Positions 1-9,571 of a stretch of 64,000 bases of DNA are shown here, piece after piece. Below the pieces are notes generated by a model, which was not told the DNA's origin, ran no database searches, and worked only from the letters and a program-made list of their open reading frames with translations. Made by a program: the position numbers and the translations under genes. How positions within the stretch are numbered: position 1 is the stretch's first letter; each line of letters begins with the position of its first letter. Source of the DNA: Gammaproteobacteria bacterium (GTDB lineage Bacteria; Pseudomonadota; Gammaproteobacteria; Ga0077536); the NCBI GenBank assembly GCA_963662545.2, contig CAXXLL010000003.1, forward strand, positions 256,001 through 320,000. Direction: 5' to 3'.

Positions 1-780
1 GACGATCAGCTCTACCAGTTCCTTCACCGTAAACTGACTCTCGTTCGAAAAATTGAAGGCTTCCCCGGCAAGCTCCGGCCGCGCCGCCAATTGCTGGGCC
101 AGCATGATGTAGGCGCCCACGGCGTCACCGACATAGATGTAATCGCGCACGTACCCGCCGTCCGAGCGGATGATGGGCGGCGCACCGCGGACGATAGAAC
201 GGATCGAGCCCGGCACGAGCCGGTTCCAATTGAGATCCCCGCCGCCGAAAAAGTTACCGCAGCGCGTGACGACGACCGCTGTGCCGTATGTGTGCGCATA
301 AGCCTGCGCGATTAGATCCGAGCACGATTTACTGACGTCGTAAGGGTGGCGCCCGGTGAGCGACATGCTCTCGTCATACGGCAGTTCGTCCTTGTCGCCG
401 TAGGCCTTGTCTGAGGACGCCGTGATGATCTGCTCTACGCTGGGGCTGCGCCGCGCCGCCTCGAGCAGGCTCCAGGTGCCACCGATATTGGACTCGAAGG
501 TCTCGACCGGATTACGGTTCGCGACTGTAACAATGGTCTGGGCAGCGAGATGAAACACGGTCCTGACTTCGTAATCCCCGAGCATCCGCTCCAGCAACGC
601 CTGGTCGCGGATGTCGCCGCGCACGCTTCGCACGCGCTCAATAGTCCCGGACCGCACCAACTCACTCTGCGGAACCCAATCCCGCACCAGGGCGACGACA
701 TCCGCACCCAGCGCATGCAGCGCGGCCACGAGGCTGCTGCCCACCAGCCCCGAGGCGCCCGTTACGAGGACGGCCTGTCC
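1..780 (-). pseudogene. rfbG: CDP-glucose 4,6-dehydratase (extended SDR), body of gene separated from its 5' end by the integrated element; runs off the window
   Basis: Manual translation (not in ORF track): [12 protein letters not shown]...[10 protein letters not shown]...ASSDKAYG...PYDVSK...[19 protein letters not shown]...[17 protein letters not shown]. No in-frame start upstream of 780. Confidence 0.88.
768..780 (+). other. att core, left junction (GGACGGCCTGTCC)
   Basis: Matches 24675-24688 apart from a 1-bp indel; GGAC/GTCC inverted arms. Confidence 0.8.
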
Positions 781-898
781 GCGTTCGCAACTTCCACGGT
801 GTTCTGAGTGATGCCAGACTATTCATAAGATTCAATCTGTTCGGTTGACTCTGGTAGCTTGACACGTCCACTGAGTGCTACTACATTCCCACTCGTTG

Positions 899-919
899 TG
901 TGGGATCGAATGAGGGTAC
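899..919 (+). promoter_or_regulatory. Putative integrase arm-type sites (TGTGGGATCGAA TGAGGGTAC)
   Basis: Exact 12-mer TGTGGGATCGAA recurs at 24607-24618 near the other end. Confidence 0.6.
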
Positions 920-923
920 GACT

Positions 924-2114
924 GTGGCAGCCAGACTGACGGCGAGGTTCGCGGCGACGGTGACGAAGCCGGGCCGGCACGGCGACGGCAATGGCCTCTA
1001 TCTGCTGGTCAAGCCGAGCGGCGCGAAGTCCTGGGTTCTGCGAACCGTCGTGCGCGGGCGGCGGTGCGACATCGGACTCGGCGGCTACCCATTGGTCTCA
1101 CTGGCGGAAGCCCGAACGGCGGCTTTCGAGCATCGCAAGCTGGCTCGTGCCGGTGGCGACCCGCTGGCACGCAAGCGGCGACGGGACATACCGACCTTTG
1201 AAGAAGCCGCTCGCATGGTGATCGAAATCCACACACCGACGTGGCGCCCTGGCGGCAAGTCGGCGGAGCAATGGGAGTCCTCGTTGCGGCAATACGCCTT
1301 TCCGCGTCTCGGAGCCAAGTGCGTGGACACGATCACCACGGCGGACGTGATGGTAGTCCTGGTTCCGATCTGGACCGATAAGGCCGAGACCGCCCGCCGT
1401 GTTCGCCAACGCATCAGTGCGATCATGAAGTGGGCGGTCGCACAAGGGTATCGCGCCGACAATCCCGCCGGCGAGGCGATTGCGGCCGCATTGCCGAGAG
1501 TCGGCGACACGCGTCGGCATCTTCGAGCGGTTTATCACGCCCAGGCCGGTGACGCGGTCAGGGCGGTCAGGGGATCGCAGAGTTCGCTCGCGGCACGGCT
1601 GGCGTTCGAGTTCCTGGTTCTGACCGCGGCACGTTCCGGGGAGGTACGGGGCGCTGTGTGGTCCGAGTTCGATCTGGAGGCGGCGGTATGGACGATACCC
1701 GGCGAGCGGATGAAGGGCGGACGCGATCATCGCGTTCCGCTATCGGACCGGGCGCTGGCGCTCCTCGATGAGGCGCGGGCGCTCGATGACGGAAGCGGCT
1801 TGGTGTTTCCGTCGCCGGTCGGGCGCAAGCCGATGTCCAATTCGATGCTTTCCCAGTTGTTGCGCGAACTCGATATCGATGCCGTTCCGCACGGCTTCCG
1901 TTCGACCTTCCGGGACTGGTGTTCGGAATTCGCGCAGGCGCCTGGCGCAGTTGCCGAAGCCTGCCTCGCCCACGTCGTGAAGGGTGTCGAGGGCGCTTAT
2001 GCCCGCTCGGATCTGTTGGACCGCCGCCGCAATCTGATGGAGCGGTGGGCCGCGTATCTAAATCCCGAGCCGGCAACTGTGGTGTCGCTTGACGTGCGGC
2101 GGACGACAAGTTGA
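924..2114 (+). CDS. P4-like tyrosine integrase with N-terminal arm-binding domain
   Basis: HGDGNGLYL...GAKSW...GLGGYP.VSLAEAR N-terminus; catalytic R (ARSGE), K (MKGG), HGFR, LAH, Y (AYAR) intact; GTG 924 likely start. Confidence 0.95.
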   Translation: MAARLTARFAATVTKPGRHGDGNGLYLLVKPSGAKSWVLRTVVRGRRCDIGLGGYPLVSLAEARTAAFEHRKLARAGGDPLARKRRRDIPTFEEAARMVIEIHTPTWRPGGKSAEQWESSLRQYAFPRLGAKCVDTITTADVMVVLVPIWTDKAETARRVRQRISAIMKWAVAQGYRADNPAGEAIAAALPRVGDTRRHLRAVYHAQAGDAVRAVRGSQSSLAARLAFEFLVLTAARSGEVRGAVWSEFDLEAAVWTIPGERMKGGRDHRVPLSDRALALLDEARALDDGSGLVFPSPVGRKPMSNSMLSQLLRELDIDAVPHGFRSTFRDWCSEFAQAPGAVAEACLAHVVKGVEGAYARSDLLDRRRNLMERWAAYLNPEPATVVSLDVRRTTS

Positions 2115-2260
2115 CGCGGTGGGCAGCGATTACCACCCTCTCCCCGGGTGGGAGGACTTTAACGAATGCCGCACGACGGTCCCGGTGCCGGCGACTCCGG
2201 GCGAACCTGCGGTGAGGCCTGAGCCGTTGCGCCCATTGCCTCCGGCAAAACCGCGCAGAC

Positions 2261-3169
2261 GTGAACAAACCTAACACACCGGACACGAGCGTGCCGGCAG
2301 CGGGTGCGGATTTGGATAGGTTCCTGCTCAAGATAACCGGCTTCGCGGCCTTGACGGATTTGTTCTGTACGGGCATGTCCGAGACCGAATCCGAAAGGCT
2401 ATGTTGGGACGCCCAACATTTCGCCTTTCTGGCTTCTAATTACCGAGAGCGTTTCGAGAATGACAAAATCATCCTAAGGCATGACGAAGCCGTGGAGGCC
2501 TACCGACTCTTATCACCGCTTATACGCGCGTCACAGGACCCAATTGTTTATAGCCGGATGATGGTTTCCCGGCTTCTCGATACCGGAGGCTTGGCCCTTG
2601 ACCCTGGCGCCGTAGAGACGCTTCTCCACGAGCATGAGGATGATGCCTGTTTCGAGGGCAAAGAGGCTTGGGACAGATATATAACCCACGAAGCACTCCT
2701 CCTCTCCGTGGAGCGCATAGACCGCAAGGAGCGCACCGAAGCGATCGATCCCGATTGGCGCTGGTTGCGCGATCAGTGCCGAGACGTACTTGAACGCCGG
2801 CCCGTCACTCGCCCACGCGGCGGGAGGCTCGATCCGCGCATTCGCGAACTGCGCGACGCGCTGGTGAGCGCGTACTTGCAATTGTTCGACGGCTGCGGGC
2901 TTACCGTCACTTCCCGGAACGGTGTCTCACTTGCTAGCGCGATGGCAGAGGCGACGGACATCCCCGAAACCACCATCGACAGCATTTGGCGGCGCGCTGG
3001 CGCTGGGGTTGGAGCATTTCCACCGTATCGTGACGATATGCACTCACGGGAGCGATTCGTTACGTGCGCCGGTTGCGGCGCCCCGGTGCCGAAGATTGAC
3101 GCAGGACTCGACTTTGAGTCTGGGCGAGGCGAGCCGCGTTGCGAGTCGTGCCGCGGCCTTCGGGAATAG
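2261..3169 (+). CDS. Hypothetical protein with C-terminal CxxC...CxxC (possible Zn ribbon)
   Basis: 302-aa ORF between integrase and AlpA; CAGC and CESC. Confidence 0.6.
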   Translation: MNKPNTPDTSVPAAGADLDRFLLKITGFAALTDLFCTGMSETESERLCWDAQHFAFLASNYRERFENDKIILRHDEAVEAYRLLSPLIRASQDPIVYSRMMVSRLLDTGGLALDPGAVETLLHEHEDDACFEGKEAWDRYITHEALLLSVERIDRKERTEAIDPDWRWLRDQCRDVLERRPVTRPRGGRLDPRIRELRDALVSAYLQLFDGCGLTVTSRNGVSLASAMAEATDIPETTIDSIWRRAGAGVGAFPPYRDDMHSRERFVTCAGCGAPVPKIDAGLDFESGRGEPRCESCRGLRE

Positions 3170-3266
3170 CACGACCAATTTTATTCTTCGTACCGCGAGC
3201 CGCGGTTCTTCTGTAATCCTCGCGAGCTAAGCCGGTGCCTGGCCGGTCTGAACGAGGATTTCAAAG

Positions 3267-3488
3267 ATGAACAGATTGTTGCGGCGACCCGAAGTCGAAT
3301 CGATCACCGGACTGTCGAGGGCGAGCATCTACGCCAAGATGCAGAAGGGCGAATTCCCCGCACCGGTGCGACTCGGCACCAACTCCGTAGCTTGGCGTGT
3401 AGTCGATATCGAGGCCTGGATTGAGTCCCTTCCTCCGGCGAGGTTTCACAAAGCCGGTTGTAGCGAATCCCGCAAAGCGGCGGAGTGA
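3267..3488 (+). CDS. alpA: AlpA family regulator / excisionase
   Basis: LLRRPEVESITGLSRASIYAKMQKGEFPAPVRLGTNSVAW. Confidence 0.93.
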   Translation: MNRLLRRPEVESITGLSRASIYAKMQKGEFPAPVRLGTNSVAWRVVDIEAWIESLPPARFHKAGCSESRKAAE

Positions 3489-3613
3489 AGCGTGGAATGG
3501 GAGTTGTGCCCGGCCGCGGTGCCTTGGTATCGAGAGTTGTGTCGGCGGTGGGCGCTCTGGCGGCGTGCGTCTGCGGCGATCCGTCGGGCTGTTCACGCCC
3601 TCCGGTGTGCCGT

Positions 3614-4570
3614 ATGACCACGCCACAGTTCGACCGGCACGCGCTGCGGGCTGCGCTGCTTGAACGGCTACCGGAATTCGTGCGCGCCTACGCGCCAGCG
3701 GATACCGTAGTCCGCGAGCATGGCCACGAGATCCGCATCGGCCGCAAGGGCTCCATCGCGATTGCGCGCGACCAGGGTCTCTACTTCGATTTCGAGCATG
3801 GGCGTGGCGGTGACGTGCTCGCACTCGCGGCCGAACTCACCGGCGCCCGCGACTTCCCTTCCACGTTGCGCGCCGTGGCCGCGTTCGTTGGTGGCGTACC
3901 GATGCCGGCATCGCGTGACCGCACGCGGCGAAGCCGGCCGAAGACATCATCGACGAACACGCGGGCGGCAGCGCGAAAAATCTGGAAGGCGACCCGTCCG
4001 ATCGGCGCGACACTCGCCGCCGCGTACCTCGATGCACGTGGTGTCGAACACGTCGCCAGCGCTGCAGCGCTTCGCTTCCATGCGAGCCTCTCGCATCCCA
4101 ATGGACCGGGAGGCTTTCCAGCGCTAGTGGCGGGTGTCCAGGACGTGAGCGGGCGATTCCTTGGTATCCAACGCACGTACCTCCATGGGTCGCATAAGGC
4201 AGCCGTGGAGCCTGTACGCGCTTCGCTCGGAAGCCTCGCCGGTGGTGCGGTGCGGCTTGGCGAGCCGGTAGCGGGCCGGCTGCTGATTGGTGAGGGAATC
4301 GAATCGACGGCGGCGGCGATGCGCGTGCTCGACTGGCAGGGCGGCGCATGGGCGACGCTCGGCACGTCCGGACTGCGCGCCGTAGTATTGTCCGCTGAGA
4401 TTCGTGACGTGGTGATTGTGGCGGATCGCGATGCGAACGGCGCAGGCCAGCTTGCGGCGGCGGCGCTCGCCTGGCGGCTCGAAGCCGAAGGCCGCGTGGT
4501 CGAAATCGTCATTCCGACCGTGATTGGGCATGACTTTGCCGACGAGTTGAAGGCATCCCGCGATGCCTGA
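3614..4570 (+). CDS. Toprim-domain primase-like protein
   Basis: AYLDARG, GIQRTYL, GGAVRL, IGEGIES, VIVADRD..G, DFAD motifs. Confidence 0.85.
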   Translation: MTTPQFDRHALRAALLERLPEFVRAYAPADTVVREHGHEIRIGRKGSIAIARDQGLYFDFEHGRGGDVLALAAELTGARDFPSTLRAVAAFVGGVPMPASRDRTRRSRPKTSSTNTRAAARKIWKATRPIGATLAAAYLDARGVEHVASAAALRFHASLSHPNGPGGFPALVAGVQDVSGRFLGIQRTYLHGSHKAAVEPVRASLGSLAGGAVRLGEPVAGRLLIGEGIESTAAAMRVLDWQGGAWATLGTSGLRAVVLSAEIRDVVIVADRDANGAGQLAAAALAWRLEAEGRVVEIVIPTVIGHDFADELKASRDA

Positions 4571-6215
4571 ATCCATGAATTCAACCGAAGCCGCCCGCGA
4601 GGGCACGGTTCGCTCGAAGCTCCCGCCCGAAATTCGGGAACTGCTCGACGCGGCACAGACTGACATCGGAGCGCCGTTGGAGCCGCACGCGGCGGAGATA
4701 CTCCGTAAAGCGCGGTCGGAGGACTTGGCGACCTACGAACGATTTCGAGCCGAATATAGGCGTTGCGGGGGACGTATCAGCGCCCTGGACCAGGCGACGG
4801 CACCGACCGATGGTGAGCATGGTGACGGCGGGCAGGGCCGGCCCATCGAGTGGAACGATCCGGACCCATGGCCGGTGCCGGTCGATGGTGCGGCGCTGCT
4901 CAATGCCCTGTTGGCGCTGTTCGAACGTCACGCCAGCCTGCCCGAAGGGGGCGCCGTGGCCGTGGCCTTGTGGGCGCTCTACGCCTGGTGCTTCCGCGCC
5001 TTCGCCGTGTGCCCCAACCTGATGTTAACGGCGCCGGAACGCGAATCCGGCAAGACCCGTGTTACCGAAATTCTGTCTTGGACGGTCCCTAGAGCGAAGC
5101 CGGTCAGCGACGCATCCGCGGCGGCAATCATTCGCGGTATCGAACGCGACGGCCCGACGCTTCTGTTCGATGAAGCGCAACATTTTTTGCGCCGGCGACC
5201 GGGCGATCCGATCCGCGGAATCCTGCTCGCGAGTTTTACGAAGCGCTTCGCCATCGTCGAGCGGTGCGAGGGCGATGCGCATGAAGTTCGCGCCTTCTCA
5301 ACGTTCTGCCCAAAGGCGCTGAATGGGCGCAAGCTCGCGGCAATCGATGACATGCTCACGTCCCGCTCGGTGGTCGTTCCGATGATGAGGGCGACCAGGC
5401 CGCTTCCGGAATTACGGGTGGATCGCGATCCCGCAGGCGAAGACTTGCGACGCCAGTGCGCACGCTGGCGCGACGACCACCTAGCCGAACTCCGAGAAGC
5501 TGACCCCGACACAGGTGGGCGGATTGGGCGCATCGCGCAAGTCTGGCGTCCGTTGTTCGCCGTGGCGGATGCGGCTGGCGGCGAGTGGCCTAAGAAGGCG
5601 CGAGCCGCCGCGGCCGCGCTTGCGGCAATGGCGGCGACCTTTTCAGACGGTGAAACACTCGGACTGATGTTGCTCACCGACGTGCGAGCCGTGTTCGAGG
5701 AGAAGGGCAACCCGCAGCGCATCGCTTCTAAGGAACTCGACGAGGCGTTACGCGACCTTCCCGAACGGCCTTGGGCTTCGATGCCTAAGACCGGCAAGGC
5801 AATCACGGCGCAAGCGCGCGGGCGGATGCTTGCGAACTACGGTGTCAAGGCGGAAACGCTCCGGTTCGACGATGCGAAAGACGCGAAGGGGTATCGGCGC
5901 GACGCGTTCGAGGAAGTTTGGAGCGCCTACCTTCCCGAAGCGGGCGGTAATGGAACCGTTGAACCGTTGACGGGCCCTGAATCAAGGGATTTCGGCGACT
6001 CGCGAACCGTTGACGGTAATGGCAGGGTCAACGATTCGAAGAGCGCGAAAACCCCTGCACCACAAGGGGTGTCAACGGTTCAACGGTTCGAAAACAGGGG
6101 TGCGGAGGGAAAAGGCACGCCGGAACCGTTACACGAACCGCTCACGTTGCGGCAACAACCGCTTGGCAAGCTGACCGCAGCCGAAACATACCGGCGGGCG
6201 AGCCGCGGCGAGTAG
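4563..6215 (+). CDS. DUF3631-domain replication protein with P-loop-like motif
   Basis: PWPVPVDGAALL, APERESGKT, TLLFDEA, WRPLFAVADAAGGEWP, KGYRRDAFEEVWSAYL. Confidence 0.8.
   Translation: MPESMNSTEAAREGTVRSKLPPEIRELLDAAQTDIGAPLEPHAAEILRKARSEDLATYERFRAEYRRCGGRISALDQATAPTDGEHGDGGQGRPIEWNDPDPWPVPVDGAALLNALLALFERHASLPEGGAVAVALWALYAWCFRAFAVCPNLMLTAPERESGKTRVTEILSWTVPRAKPVSDASAAAIIRGIERDGPTLLFDEAQHFLRRRPGDPIRGILLASFTKRFAIVERCEGDAHEVRAFSTFCPKALNGRKLAAIDDMLTSRSVVVPMMRATRPLPELRVDRDPAGEDLRRQCARWRDDHLAELREADPDTGGRIGRIAQVWRPLFAVADAAGGEWPKKARAAAAALAAMAATFSDGETLGLMLLTDVRAVFEEKGNPQRIASKELDEALRDLPERPWASMPKTGKAITAQARGRMLANYGVKAETLRFDDAKDAKGYRRDAFEEVWSAYLPEAGGNGTVEPLTGPESRDFGDSRTVDGNGRVNDSKSAKTPAPQGVSTVQRFENRGAEGKGTPEPLHEPLTLRQQPLGKLTAAETYRRASRGE
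5953..6089. repeat. Symmetric iteron array (GAACCGTTGAC), putative replication origin
   Basis: Forward copies at 5953, 5961, 6004; inverted copies at 6027-6037 and 6071-6089. Confidence 0.65.
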
Positions 6216-6287
6216 ATGACGCCGGTGCGCCACGACGTCGAATCCATCCCGACGGCATACGGTCGGTATACGGTATAGGAGGAATAG

Positions 6288-6542
6288 ATGGCGACACAGA
6301 ACCACGATCGCTTCGAGATATTGGCCCGCGAGTTGGCGACCGGCAAAACCGTCGAGCAAGCCATGTTGGCAGCAGGCTATGCGCCCGAGACAACACGTCA
6401 AGGGCGCGTAGCACGATGGCCGCTTGGTGTCGCCGAACAACCATCCCGAGGTAGCGGCGCGGCTGGCCGGGTTGAACCGTGCTGGCGCGCTGGGCACAAG
6501 AGCGGACTGGCGCACGCTGCCATCAGGAGCAATCGATTATGA
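6288..6542 (+). pseudogene. Terminase small-subunit-like HTH protein, apparent frameshift near 6410
   Basis: RFEILARELATGKTVEQAMLAAGYAPET in one frame continues as GRLVSPNNHPEVAARLAGL in another. Confidence 0.5.
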
Positions 6543-7057
6543 CGAAAAGGAAACTTGCCAAGGGAAAGGCACCGGCGACCGTCGCCGCCAACGATGGGAA
6601 AGACGGAAGAGGCGCGCTTGCGCGTGTCGGCGGCTCGCAGTCCAACGATTGGAACACCACCATCGCGAATCAAGCGTTGCAGACGCTGTGGTTGAACAAC
6701 TCGGATGATGAGGAACGGGACCGCCAACTGCAGAGGGCCACGCTCGTCGCCTTGGCCGGCATCGGACCGAAGGACGAATTGGAAGGCATGATGGCGGCGC
6801 AGCTGCTCGCCGCACACAACACTGCGATGGAGTGCTACCGCCGGGCCATGCTCGAAGAACAGACCGTCGAGGGACGGCGCGAGAACCTCAATCAGGCGAA
6901 CAAGCTCTCGCGTACTTGGGCGACACTGCTGGAGGCGCTCAACAAGCATCGCGGCAAGGGCCAGCAGAAGGTCACGGTCGAGCACGTCCATGTCCACCCT
7001 GGCGGGCAGGCCGTAGTCGGCAATGTCGAAAGACCGGGGGGTGGGGGTGAGGAGTAA
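6539..7057 (+). CDS. Conserved-looking prophage/satellite hypothetical protein
   Basis: PKDELEGMMAAQLLAAHNTAMEC...HRGKGQQKVTVEHVHVHPGGQAVVGNV; family I recognise as usually upstream of HGGxSTG genes. Confidence 0.75.
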   Translation: MTKRKLAKGKAPATVAANDGKDGRGALARVGGSQSNDWNTTIANQALQTLWLNNSDDEERDRQLQRATLVALAGIGPKDELEGMMAAQLLAAHNTAMECYRRAMLEEQTVEGRRENLNQANKLSRTWATLLEALNKHRGKGQQKVTVEHVHVHPGGQAVVGNVERPGGGGEE

Positions 7058-7073
7058 TTGGAGGAACAACCCC

Positions 7074-7331
7074 ATGCAAAGCAGATTGGCGATGCACCGG
7101 AGTCCTCGATGTGGAGCCCGAACGAGAAAAGGCAACCCATGCCGGTTACCCGCGATGGCGAACGGCCGATGCCGAATGCACGGGGGAAAGTCCCCCGGTG
7201 CACCGCAGGGGAACGTCAACGCTCTGAAGCACGGACGTTATAGTGCCACCGCCATCGCAGAGCGGCGGGAACTGGCAGCACTCATCCGCACCATGCGCGG
7301 TCTGATTAAAGAATGTGACGATCGGAAGTGA
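7074..7331 (+). CDS. HGGxSTG-domain protein
   Basis: CGARTRKGNPC..PAMANGRCRMHGGKSPGAPQGNVNALKHGRYS. Confidence 0.85.
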   Translation: MQSRLAMHRSPRCGARTRKGNPCRLPAMANGRCRMHGGKSPGAPQGNVNALKHGRYSATAIAERRELAALIRTMRGLIKECDDRK

Positions 7332-7693
7332 GGGTTGGTTCGCTCCAACGAGGTTCTCGTGCGCTGACCAGCATGCGGAAAGCGGCGGCGCGAGCCCCAT
7401 TGACATTGATGCCGGACAGTCAACAGGGAATCGTTCTAGCGGAACCCTGCCTCGATCCTGCTGTAGACTTCAATCCCTTCGAAGAGGAGGATAAACAGAA
7501 TGGGAGGTGGCAGCATGTGCGGATGTCGAAATACATGTGACCCACAATCGGCTTCGCGTCTAGTATGCCCGGTTTTCTGAGCCTCTTAAGAGATATCAAG
7601 GCCCTACATAAAGATCATTCAGATGACAGATCATGACGTTGTCTGGTATGCGCTCGCTGGCGTAAGCCTGTTGGTTGGGATTGGCATGATCAT

Positions 7694-8185
7694 ATGGGCT
7701 GGACGCGGATACGCGTACGTCAATTTGGTGTGCCAATACGGGATGCTATCGACCATGTTGTCATGACGTCTCCGCGCTCTTTGTCCAATTCAGAACGCGC
7801 CGAACGACACTTTTTTGAAGTCCTTCATGAGCAGACGTGCTCGGGCGACTTATTGGTAATCGGTAGGAAAGGCAAGACTAATGCGCCCATGCGCATTAGC
7901 GCTCGGAAATGCAAACAACTTAAGCCAATGGAAGTAGTAGTCGGGTGCTCCCCAACTTCGCCTCGCGGGGTGAGGCTTTCGCTATTCGGTGGACAAACTA
8001 GTGAGTTCACCGGGCTGCGCCTTCGCAGCCGAGACCTATATCGGATATGGCCGAAGGATCCTATGCGGCGCTGGATGGAAGAATGCGATGAGGCTCTAGA
8101 ACCCGCCATCGTTATCCATACCGACGGCAGAGAGGAGGAAATTCTCGCCCTCGTCTGCTCACGCCCTATAGAAAGAAGAAATTGA
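7694..8185 (+). CDS. Hypothetical protein (possible upstream TM segment from 7623 is out of frame)
   Basis: 163-aa ORF; upstream frame reads VVWYALAGVSLLVGIGMIIW. Confidence 0.4.
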   Translation: MGWTRIRVRQFGVPIRDAIDHVVMTSPRSLSNSERAERHFFEVLHEQTCSGDLLVIGRKGKTNAPMRISARKCKQLKPMEVVVGCSPTSPRGVRLSLFGGQTSEFTGLRLRSRDLYRIWPKDPMRRWMEECDEALEPAIVIHTDGREEEILALVCSRPIERRN

Positions 8186-8220
8186 CCCTATCCGAAGCAC
8201 TTAGAAAATGAAGAACCATC

Positions 8221-8467
8221 GCTTGGGAGAACGGGCACTGTGAGCGTTTCAACGCACGCTTCCGTGATTCGTTGCCCGACGGGGACATCTTTTACAGCTT
8301 ACGAGAGGCGCAGATTCTGATCGAACCATGAAGGAGGCACTACCACACAAAACGGCCCCACAGCGCTTTGGGCTACCCACTACCGGCCCCGGAGACCATC
8401 GTTTCCATGGGCCAAAGGCCGATCATGCGCTAACAATCAAAATGGCACACCCAATCAGGGCAGGTCA
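8221..8467 (+). mobile_element. IS3-family remnant (transposase C-terminus and right end)
   Basis: WENGHCERFNARFRD...FYSLREAQILIE*...RPHSALGY; ends ...GGGCAGGTCA. Confidence 0.75.
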
Positions 8468-8535
8468 ATGGCTTTTAGCAGCTCCCGCCGCATTTCTGCT
8501 CTGTTGATCAACCTGGTTAGCCAAGAACGAACGAA

Positions 8536-9517
8536 ATGCCACAAGTCGGACCTCAAGCAGTACTGGTAGTAGAGGACACGCTCGACGATCTAATGCGCGA
8601 GGTAATGTGTCGAATACTTGATAACGGAGCGCAAATTTCACCTAGCAGAGGTAAGGCTAAAGAACTTGTTGGTGTCCTTCTCCAGCTACGAGATACCCGG
8701 GCTCGGATAAGTCTTACAGAGACTCGCGGGAAGCCGTTTAGTGCGTTAGGAGAGTTTTGCTGGTACCTCGCGGGCTCGCGAGATGCCGATTTCATTAGCT
8801 ATTACGTACCCAAGTATCGAGGTATCAAGAGGATGGACAAATATATGGAGCATATGGTCCGAGACTGTTCGATTGGAAGGATACCAATCAACTGAACAAC
8901 GTAATTCAGTGCCTTAGAACTAGCCCTGATACTCGACGAGCTGTTATACAGCTATACGATGCCGTAGATATTGTCCAGTCGCACAAGGATGTTCCTTGCA
9001 TGTTCCTTGCACGTGCACGATCCAATTTTTGGTACGTGACGGATTGCTCAACGTTTTCACAACGATGCGATCTAATGATGCATATCTCGGGCTGCCGCAC
9101 GACATTTTCTGCTTCACAATGCTACAAGAGGTTGTCGCCAATACGTTGTCGCTTCCTGTGGGGATGTACATGCATGCAGTTGGAAGTCTTCATCTATATG
9201 ACGAACATTCGCCCAACGTCTACAAGTATCTCAACGAAGGATGGCAAAGTAGTTGCCCTATGCCCCCAATGCCCAGCGAGGATCCTTGGGAGGCTTTAAA
9301 AGCACTAAAAGTTTTCGAAGAACAGTTACGGAAAAGTGATTCTGTTGACGGTATGCGAGTTCCGGACATTGCGGAATATTGGAAAGACCTAATGAGGCTA
9401 TTGCTCATATTTAGACTGAAAAATGATGGCAACATTAAGGCGATTCGAGACGAAAGAGACCGGATGTACAGCAACGTTCTTCAGATACACGTTGATAAGC
9501 TCGTGTTAGAGGTCTAG
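8536..9517 (+). pseudogene. Thymidylate-synthase-fold enzyme (dCMP hydroxymethylase/methylase-like) with two frameshifts
   Basis: GEFCWYLAG / GAYGPRL...TRRAVIQLYD...KDVPC / TIQFLVRDG...MRSNDAYLGLPHD...SLHLY; 1-bp loss near 8821 and 11-bp duplication at 8990-9011. Confidence 0.85.
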
Positions 9518-9571
9518 CGATTAACAATGTCTTAGTGCCGGTAGGAATCATCAGACGGGTGAATTTGAAGC

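Noticed and set aside
1567-7219. Long antisense or overlapping ORFs (e.g. 1567-2376, 3781-4656, 4979-5806, 6398-7219) and similar ones across the window
   Set aside because: Shadow ORFs of GC-rich genes, Arg/Ser/Pro-rich and without motifs.
924-7331. Complete prophage or ICE
   Set aside because: No large terminase, portal, capsid, tail, lysis, relaxase or T4SS genes between the att sites.
8536-9517. Housekeeping thyA
   Set aside because: Asp replaces the dUMP-specifying Asn, the gene is low-GC island cargo, and no folA/lgt context is present.
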